Part shown: positions 55,537 to 64,000 of the stretch, piece by piece
Layout of the letters: the number at the start of each line of letters is the position of its first letter
Position numbering within the stretch: position 1 is the first letter of the stretch
Source: Basidiobolus meristosporus CBS 931.73
Lineage: Eukaryota > Fungi > Basidiobolomycota
Reading direction: 5' to 3'
Length of the DNA stretch: 64,000 bases
Assembly (NCBI GenBank): GCA_002104905.1
Contig: MCFE01000201.1
Coordinates: 62,001 to 126,000 of the forward strand
Notes under the pieces: model-generated
Database searches by the model: none
Seen by the model: the letters and a program-made list of their open reading frames with translations, nothing else
Told to the model about the DNA's origin: nothing
Made by a program: the position numbers and the translations under genes

Positions 55537-56892
55537 TTGCTTAGTCATGGTTGTGGCATTTAGCCAATCTTTTGTATATAGTCCACATTAATGTAATACG
55601 CAAAAACAGCATTAATTCGAAGTGTTGGTGACCATCTTAAATAAATGTAACATACGCATCTACTGATCCATGGAGGTATCAATTGAACTGTATCCACCAG
55701 CTAATTAAGGGCTGACTTGCAACGCCAAACTGCTTCCGGTATGCATAAGGCCACTTCTACCTAGATGTCATCCTGACTAATTCGCAGTCTTACCTCACGT
55801 TCACCTTTGCCATGGTACCCAAACACATTACATATATGGAATGTTGAAATGGTAAAAATGCCGGGTTTCTTTTAAACTGCAATCTATTTACTTATACTGT
55901 AGTTTCCTCAGATCTGGATATACTGAGGTGGCTAACAACTCCGAAAGTCCATTCACACAATACCAGTCGTTAGTCCGTCGACTAGTGGCTATTTTGCTGT
56001 AGCAAGTCCTCTTCTGGCCGTAATTTTTTAATCCCGTTTACTAGGTTGCTTATAACAAACAGCCTCGAAATTATCCCCTTCAAAGTCGTAAACGAAAGTG
56101 GCATAATAGTTTTCACCACGTTGACTTCTTACGACAGAGACGCCATTGTCTTTACCACCACTTTCCAATGCGGCCTTATCAAACTCATCCACTTGCTTAC
56201 GGGTAGCGGCGTTAAATGCGATATGAATGTTGGTAGGACTACCTTCAGCAAAGGTAAATAAGGAATTTCCATAACACGCTGCTGTTAGGAACTCCTGCTC
56301 AATTGTGTAGCCTAGAGGCTTCGGGGCCCAGCAATAGAATGGTTTGCAACGAAAAAATTCTTGACATTGTTACCGAGGTGATGGAGTAAAGCAGTAGTCA
56401 TACTACATTGGCCTACTCATGTTAATTGTATAGATACTGGACAACGTCACGCCGTAGGCCACTAAATACATCCTGGGAAAAATTGGTGGAAAAGTAATTG
56501 GTGCAGATATCTGTTGATAGGCCTGGCAGGTCTGACAATTGGCAATGTGTATTTAGGTTATAAGCCAATTATGTACATAGGACCAAGGATTGGGTGCAAC
56601 TGCGGATCATCAAAGGGGCAACATTGAGCCAGGTTACTGGGGATACCAACTATCCTCTCTGTGATTGGTGATGATTAAACAAACAGCTCGGGGATGACGC
56701 TTTACATTATTCTCAAGTTGTAGTTATATTTCAAATTGGATAGTACATATGTGAACAAGCAATTGAAGTGCATAATGTAAATAGCAAATAAAATATTATA
56801 TCAACAATAATGGGCAAGAACCACTTGAATTACAAAAAAGATTATTAGAAAAATAATATATTGAGGTGGGACTAGAGTACTACTGCTTCATT

Positions 56893-57476
56893 GGGGGGGG
56901 GAGACAGTCACCTACAGGTGAAATCTTTATTTCAGTCAAAACAAAGAAGCCAGTGCTACTGTTGTGCTTTGATACAAGAATGTGTAGCTGAGGGGATTGG
57001 TAGGTAAGTTAATAAGGAGAGCTGATAGTTCTTCAGTGCTTAATACACTGTTCAGTGGGAAGAGGGGTAAGAATGATTTGTCAACAACATTAAAAAGGGG
57101 AACATGATCTGGATTGAGGCTCATCACAAAGGGAGTGGGCAACTGCAGATGTTGCTGCCAAAGGTCTGTCAAGTACTTTAGGTAGGCCAACTTGGGTTTT
57201 TCTGACTGCAGAATGTGATGAGCATACTTCTTGACATCTTAATCTCCAAGTATAGTTCTCCAGCAGGAGCCAGGTGTGGTGTGGTGAGTTCTCTTCCAGG
57301 CCTTGATTGGTGGACTGTTGCAGTGGTGAAGTCCAAGATATAATCTGGTTCTAAGGTACAGAAGTCTGATCTTGTAGGGGGGAAACAATCACTAATGGTT
57401 GACTTCTGGATCCCCAAGTATGGTTCTCCAGCAGGAGTCATGTGTAGTGTGGTGAGTGCTCTTCCAGGCCTTGATT
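56893..57476 (-). mobile_element. 5'-truncated copy of the non-LTR retrotransposon at 61330-64000, with an internal duplication
   Basis: Alignable by eye to 61330-61823; same AATAAAGATTTCACC-loop-GGTGACTGTCTC(C)n end. Confidence 0.9.
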
Positions 57477-57623
57477 ATGTTGTAAGAGTCTTGGAGATAT
57501 TGGAAGTGATTGGGAGAACAAGCAGATTATGAGGTATTCACTCAATGATCTGCTGAATGTAACAGTAGTAATTATACTTTCACATGGTCTTGGCATCTCA
57601 ATCATGTGAAATATGTTGGGTTA

Positions 57624-57812
57624 GGGGAGGGGAAAGTCACCAAGGTAGGTGAAATCTTTATTTGATTTCAGACAAGTCTAACTACAAATAAAGAAGCCTT
57701 AGGGTGTAGGTGTTATAGTAAGGGCTAGGAAAAGGTTAGAAGAGCAGGGGGTCTGGGGGACGCAGTCCCCTAGAGAATAAAAAAGCAGGGGGTTTGGGGG
57801 ATGCAATCCCCC
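57624..57812 (-). mobile_element. Short SINE-like repeat: GC hairpin head plus LINE-like 3' tail
   Basis: Tail AAATAAAGATTTCACC-loop-GGTGACT..CCCC shared with the LINE; two GGGGAY-GCA-RTCCCC hairpins; part of it recurs at 61270-61325. Confidence 0.55.
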
Positions 57813-58329
57813 ATACTGCTCCCATACTCTTTAAATTCCCATTGGATTACTTTTCTCTCATTCTTGGTTCTGGTCCCTTAGGGTTAGAATTCCTCCTCCT
57901 AACCCTTATCACTCTAACCATAAACATTTTTACCCTACAATTGGCACATTGTCTGCTCATACAGTGGGCATGTCTGGGCCAATATTTGTCTCCCTATACT
58001 GTCCATATGCTCTGTATAAGTCTTGATGCCTATTTAATTAATAAATTGTTACTTTTAATGTATATCAAATAATTAATGGGATTCATCCCAATCTGGCCAC
58101 AATCCCATATTTTGATAAGCTTTGGGCACCTTAAACTCCGCGGCCCTAATATGATAAAAAAATTCATGGCCAATACAAATTTTCTGTAACCCAATTGCTT
58201 TTACCAAATATAAAGTGTATCCCAAAGTTCAATATATATTATGGCTATAATAGAAACTTTATTTGACACCATCACAACTACTACTTATGTTCTATGCGCA
58301 CATGTATCCCGCAGCAATTGTAAAACTTA

Positions 58330-59196
58330 GCCATGTGGTACAAAAGTGCTTTTATTTTTCATCATGATAGTTTTACATGAGTTCCTAATGCACTTTGAAA
58401 GTATGCAGTAGCCATACCCCTACAGGTTTTAAGGATGTCCACTAGTTACGTCTACTTGTGTCTAGTGGGAGGCATCAATCATCAGCCGTGCAATACTGAA
58501 ATGCTTTTATTTTTCATCATGCTAGTTTTGTATGAATCCATAACGCACTTTCATAGTGCATGGTTACCATACCCCAACAGGTTTTAAGGATACCCACTTG
58601 CTACATTTACTTGTGTCTAGCGGGAGTCATCAATCATCAGCTGTGCGGTAATAAAGTGCTTTTATTTTTCATCATGATAGTTTTACATGAGTCCCTAACG
58701 CACTTTTATAGTGTGCAGTAACCATACCCCAACAGGTTTTAAGGATACCCACTTGCTACGTTTACTTGTGTCTAGCAGGAGTTATCAATCATCAGTTGCG
58801 CGGTATTAAAGTGCTTTCATTTTTCATCATGATAGTTTTACATGAGTCCCTAATGCACTTTTTTAGTGCGTGGTAACTATACTCCAACAGGTTTTAATGA
58901 TACTCACTTGCTATGTTTACTTGTGTCTAGCAGGAGTCATCAATCATTAGCCGTGCGGTAATAAAGTGCTTTTATTTTTCATCATGATAGTTTTACATGA
59001 GTCCCTAACACACTTTCATAGTGTGCGGTAACCATACCCCAACAGGTTTTAAGGATACCCACTTGCTACGTTTACTTGTGTCTAGCGGGAGTTATCAATC
59101 ATCAGTTGCGCAGTAATAAAGTGCTTTTATTTTTCATTGTGATAGTTTTACATGAGTCCCTAATGCACTTTTATAGTGTGCAGTAACCATACCCCC
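58330..59196. repeat. Tandem array of a 155-bp unit, about 5.5 copies
   Basis: RTGCTTTYATTTTTCAT anchor at 58346, 58501, 58656, 58811, 58966, 59121 (exact 155-bp spacing). Confidence 0.97.
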
Positions 59197-59636
59197 AGAA
59201 AGTAGTGTGGATGCTTACTTTAAACGCTCACTTGTGTATTGTACGGACTATCAACAAACAGCCGCATGGAAATGGAACATCATAGAAAAGCATTGCTTTG
59301 TTGTTAGCAAGTATTGATGCGCAAATAGTGGTACTATGTGAATTATTGAGTAACTATTTACTCTAGTTGGTTCCAAGATATTCCTAGACAATATGCTCAA
59401 AATCAATATTAGCATCAATAGCTTGCTCTTTGATCACTAAACCACTGCACCCAATATGCGGTGGCCTTGGTTTTGTCTAGCCGTCAAGGAATGAAACCAG
59501 AGTACAGTCACAAGAGAGGCAAAAGTGAAATGTGATGAAGTAAGTGTATATGAAAGTAATATAAATCTACAGGACAGAAGAGAACAACTAGTAGTTAAAC
59601 AGCACTCACTGACACTCCACCAAGTAGAGCACCAAC

Positions 59637-60116
59637 ATGGATCATAAACTAGTCATGAGGGGAAAGCTTAAGGACTGCTACTTGGGGATCAAGACCTAAA
59701 GAGGAAGCTACCTCTACCATAGCAGTCCTTGTGCTCCAAAGGAAGACCAAGAGTCTACTATAGACAAAGATTGCGGCAAGAAGAGTAGTACAATTACCAG
59801 TTCTGGTAGTGGTAACTTTGGAAGTCCCAAATACCTGGAGAAAACTGGGAAAAAATTGGCAGATAACTCAGTTGTCCTGAGGAGAAAACAAACCAATGCA
59901 ATTGAGCAGTTCCAAAACAAACTTCAGCTTAGTTCTTCTTTGCCTCACTATAAAGTACTCCAAGTGGCTTATTTGGATTATAAGCGTATGAAGGAGAATC
60001 AGGCAGAGACTGATAAATTAAGTGATAGTCAATTGCATCACTTCTTATATCAGGTAGAGAAACAGTTGCACAGCCAAGAGATGGAACAAGAATTGATGAT
60101 TACAGAAACCAAATAA
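59637..60116 (+). pseudogene. Decayed ORF of unknown function (one in-frame TAA at 59697)
   Basis: ATG 59637 is in frame with ORF 59856-60116; helical, charged C-terminal part; CpG-poor. Confidence 0.35.
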
Positions 60117-60348
60117 TTTTGCCAATGTAGTTTTGCATTTTAATAAAATAAAAGGGTGTTAATAAGAACAGAATAAAGTTAACTTATGTGTCCATCAAAT
60201 GATTCCAATACTGGCTAGATGGATGTTACGTAGGAGCAAGAAGCTCAGTAACCTCAAAGGAAAGATATGATGAATGGGCCACCAACATCATCCAAATGAG
60301 TATAAAAGTGGAGAAAGGAGACATAATCCTTCATAAAAAACAAGAAGC

Positions 60349-61260
60349 ATGGAAGCAGGCAGTAGCCGGGTAGATGCCAGGAGTGAAGGTAGAGTACAAA
60401 GAGAGCAAGGAAGGGGACAAGGACGTGGACCCAGGCACGGAAGTGGAAGAGGGCAAGGAAGTGGCCAAATCCAAGAGGAGTGTGAAGGAGGTGTTGCAGC
60501 AAACGTGAATGATGCTGAGCAAGTTACTGTAGTCACTACCAGGCGGCCAGTCAACCAAGTTTCCCAAGCATTGTCAGAGGTTTGACAAGAGCTTCCGGAA
60601 TATAGGACAACATCTCACCATGAGATATTGCAACGTATGTGCCAGGAGATTAAACAGAGGAGGTGCGATATTGTAAAGCTAAATTGGGATATTGCTGGAC
60701 TTCAAGCCCAGATTGATTTCAGTTTCCACCATTCTACTGAGGCATTAGTAGCACAAATGGTGGAAAAGTTTGCCCGCATCAGGGCAAGCAATGAGCAGGG
60801 TGCATCTTCCAACCCAGGTGTACTTGCAAGTGACAGTATTGGAGGGGATACTACTTCCTCCCTTGAACCTACCACAAGCCAAGAGACAAGAGCAGAATCC
60901 CAACCCAAGTCAGGAAGAAATGAGTACAAAGCAGCTACTAGGCGCATTCTTAATGAATTGGCAGCAATCTCTCAGCGGCACAAGAGGGAAGGCAAAGGAA
61001 GTGCTGAGACTGAAAATATCTTGCAGCATAGTGCCATGTCTTACTGTCCACTTAAGAACCATCAAGCATTTGGCGTACAATGCTGATGTATACAGAGCCA
61101 TCTATAAAGGAGCATTGCTTGCCAATTCCATAGGACTTGGAAAGACATTGCAGATATTAAGTCTCATATTGAGACACCTGAGCAAGGCCAAATCTTATTG
61201 TTGTCACGCTTGGAATACTTCTCAATTAGTGATGGAGATAAGACATAACAAGGATATCCA
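60349..61260 (+). pseudogene. Decayed coiled-coil + SNF2-family ATPase gene fragment
   Basis: ORFs 60349 and 60628 are in frame across one TGA; Q-motif-like LKNHQAFGVQ, Walker A region GALLANSIGLGKTLQILSLI, motif Ia LIVVTLGILLN* across frameshifts. Confidence 0.7.
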
Positions 61261-61329
61261 ATGAAGAGCTTAGGTGTAGTGTTATAGTAAGGCTAGAAAG
61301 GTTAGAAGAGCAGGTCTGGGATGCACTTA

Positions 61330-64000
61330 GGGGGGAGACAGTCACCAACAGGTGAAATCTTTATTTCAGTTGAAACAAAGAAGCCAGCGCTACTGTTGTA
61401 GCTTTGATACAAGAGTGTGTAGCTGAGGGGAATTTGTAGGTAAGTTAATAAGAAGTGATGATAGTTCTTCAGTGCTCAAGACACTGTTCAGTGGGAAGGG
61501 GGGTAGCAAGAGAGGTAAGAATGACTTGTGAACAACATTAATGAGGGGAATGTGATAAGGATTGATATTCATCATAAAGGGAGTGTGCTGCTGCAGATAT
61601 TGCTGCCAAAGGTCTGTCAAGTACTTCAGGTAGGCCAGCTTGGGTTTTTCTGACTGCAGAATAAATTCAGCAAACTTCTTGACTTCAGGATCTCCAAGTA
61701 TAGTTCTCCAGCAGGAGCCAGGTGTTGTGTGGTGTGTTCTCTTCCAGGCCTTAATCAGTGGGTTGTTGCAGTTGTGAAGTCTGAGGTATAATCTGGTTCT
61801 AAGGTAGAGAAGTCTGATCTTATAGGGCATAAACCCAAAAGCACCAAGAATAGCATGTCTGTAGGGGCATTCAGGCAAATGAGGCACCAAGGAGGTAATG
61901 CACCATACTGCAAACTTGTCAAGCTTAGTGCAGTCTCTAGAAGTAAGAGAGAGAAGTGGTAAGCCAAATTCCAGGACAGGGAAGACAAACTGCTTGAGTA
62001 GAAGGAGGCAGCTGGGAGCTGAAGTTGTAGGAGGAGTAACAGCCAGTAGCTTGTGGAGTGCCTGTCTTGCCAGGATAATTCTCTTCTTCAGGTGTGCTCC
62101 AGAGTCTAGTCCAGTAGGAAGGAAAGGAAAGCCAAGATATGTAGCAGAAACCTGAGCAGGTAGAGTGGAGTTCTCCAAGTTGATGGGAGAGCCCAAAGGT
62201 ACTGTCTTTGCAATGGAAAGCTGGAGATTATTCTTCTGCAGATACTGGTGGATGGTCTGGGAGTCTTGTTGCACATTGGAGGAGGATATTCTGATGTCAT
62301 CAGCAAAGAGAGTAACCAGGCAGTCAGCTGAGAGTCTTGGGAAATCATTCAGGAAGATGGCAAACAGTATAGGACCAAGCACAGAGCCTTGAACCACTCC
62401 ATTAGGAACTGAGAACACAGCTGATTGCTCACTTGGGTGCAGAATTCTTGCTTGTGGATCCAGAAACAGAGACCTGACAAGGAGGGTGAGAGAGGTACTG
62501 GAGAAGCATTGCAACTTGGACCAAAGCAGATTTCTGTCAACTGAATCAAAGGCCTTAGTAATATCAAACAGAACAGAGGGATACTTGCACTGGAGAGAGT
62601 GATCTTGGCTAAGTATGACTGCATATTCCAAGGAGAGGCCAGGAACAAAGCCAAACTGTGCAGGATGAAACTTGAGAGGAGTCAGAGTAGAGCTCCTGAG
62701 CAAGCAGAAGCTCAAACACCTTTCTGCAGGTGGGCAGCAGAGATATTGGCCTGTAGGAGCTAGGATCCAGGTGCTTTCCTTTACCCTTGTACAGTGGCAG
62801 AACATTTGCAAAGGACCATTCCTCAGGAGTAGAAAGCTGGGCTGAGCATTGCTGAAACAGTGGAAGCAGAAGTGCAGACATGGCCTTGGTACTAGTCTTC
62901 AGAAGCTCATAGGAGATTGTGTCCACACCTGGAGCAGTAGAGTTGGGAAGCCTCTTGAGCACATTATGGATTCTCCTTTGATCAAGTGCAAGTGGGATGG
63001 GCAGAGTCTTGAAGTCAGGATGAAAGCCAGGAGTTGAGTACTGCTTTGTAGAGAAGAAGATGTTAGCCAGCTGTTCTGTTGAAGGTAACTTCCTGGAAGA
63101 GGGCCTCATTGCCCTGTAGAGTCTTGATACTGTTCTTGTTATAGAGTTGGAAGATTGCAGAGGCAAAGAACTCATAATATGATCCCAGAGCTGAGTATGC
63201 AGAGTGTGGTGAATTGCCTTGGAGTGGTGTATTGCTGTCAGGAGGAGTTTCTCTGTTTTTGGGTTAGGGAAACTCAGGTAGCTTTGTTGCAGGGCTGAAA
63301 CAATGGATTCCCATTTTCTTGAGGTAACAGCAGTAGTCTTGCATGGCAGTGAGAGGGAGGCAGACACCAGAATCAGATGCTTCACAAAGAGCCAGGCATA
63401 GTTGAGATCATCTGGCAGAGAAAGTAGCAAACTGGCAAGCTTCAAGTAGTTCCCAAAGTCTTTCTTCTGATTCTTGGTAGCTTTGTGGGTGAGCACAGTA
63501 AGTTTTGGCAGCTTCTTCTTCACAACTGGTTGCATAGAAAGGGACCAGGCTGGGTGGTCAGAGGCTCTCAAGGATCCTAGCTCAGCTCCAGAGAATTGCT
63601 TAACTTCATTCACAAAGTAGAGGGCAGCAGCAGAAGGGCAGATCCAGTCAACACATCTTTTCTCAGATTGAGCACCTAGTGCTAGCAGGTGGCTTTCTCT
63701 CAGGAAGTTCAGTAGGAATGTAGACCTTGGCTTCATTCTTGCAGTCAGAGTAGTCTTGTTCTCAGGATGGGGAATGTTGAGATCTCCAAGCAAGATAACA
63801 GGTGTTGATATAGATTGTTGGTATTGCTGAACCTTCTGGCATATAACTTGCACTTCCTGAAGGGCAAGACTTGGAGGCAGATAGCAGAGCACCAGACTGA
63901 TAGTTGGCAACTGGAGAGCAGCACAGTAAGGGGAGTAAAGAGGAACACAGAGCTGAGGAGTATTGATGGTAGAAGAGATGAAGCAGATAGAGGAGGTATT
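61330..64000 (-). mobile_element. Non-LTR (LINE) retrotransposon with APE endonuclease + RT; runs off the window; one frameshift near 62680
   Basis: APE: VILLGDLN, VDWI, SDH; RT: YRPISLLPTCRKVFE, QFGF, FDITKAFDSV, GVVQGSVLGPILF, LFADDI, YLGF. Confidence 0.95.

Noticed and set aside
58330-59196. Array as CRISPR, hammerhead ribozyme, C/D snoRNA cluster or U12 intron source (minus strand has CTGATGA, GAAA, ATGATGA, GTATCCTT)
   Set aside because: No unique spacers; stem II cannot close the hammerhead core; no terminal D box; no separate branch site for an intron
61279-61310. Resemblance of the repeat head to the U6atac 5' end
   Set aside because: The AAGGAGA box and downstream catalytic elements are absent

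Overview
Eukaryotic, intron-rich and gene-dense fungal DNA. An early-diverging lineage such as Zoopagomycota/Entomophthorales is inferred from gene content and short introns but is not proven. Positions 1-56 kb hold about 20 mostly housekeeping genes: a SUN-domain protein, Sip5, mitochondrial Rsm24, a Pcl-type cyclin, caleosin, ERG25, a BCH-RhoGAP, a type I membrane protein, a GH46 chitosanase, GCP4, a hevein/CBM18 protein, a tail-anchored LIR protein, Pop3/RPP38-like, an alpha-arrestin, Stn1-like, a uridine/purine phosphorylase, a pepsin-like protease, REV3 and Dbf4. From about 56.7 kb to the end the DNA is a CpG-depleted repeat block. It contains a truncated and a longer APE-RT non-LTR retrotransposon, a SINE-like element sharing their 3' end, a 155-bp tandem array and a decayed SNF2 gene. 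The main observation is that manual gene reconstruction needs four minor-spliceosome (U12-type) introns (three AT-AC, one GT-AG) among roughly 70 introns, an unusually high share for a fungus. Also notable are an almost CpG-free yet still open LINE with a stem-loop/oligo(C) 3' end, a BNIP3/NIX-like mitophagy-receptor candidate and a bacterial-type GH46 chitosanase. All exon structures were derived by hand and some gene ends are approximate.
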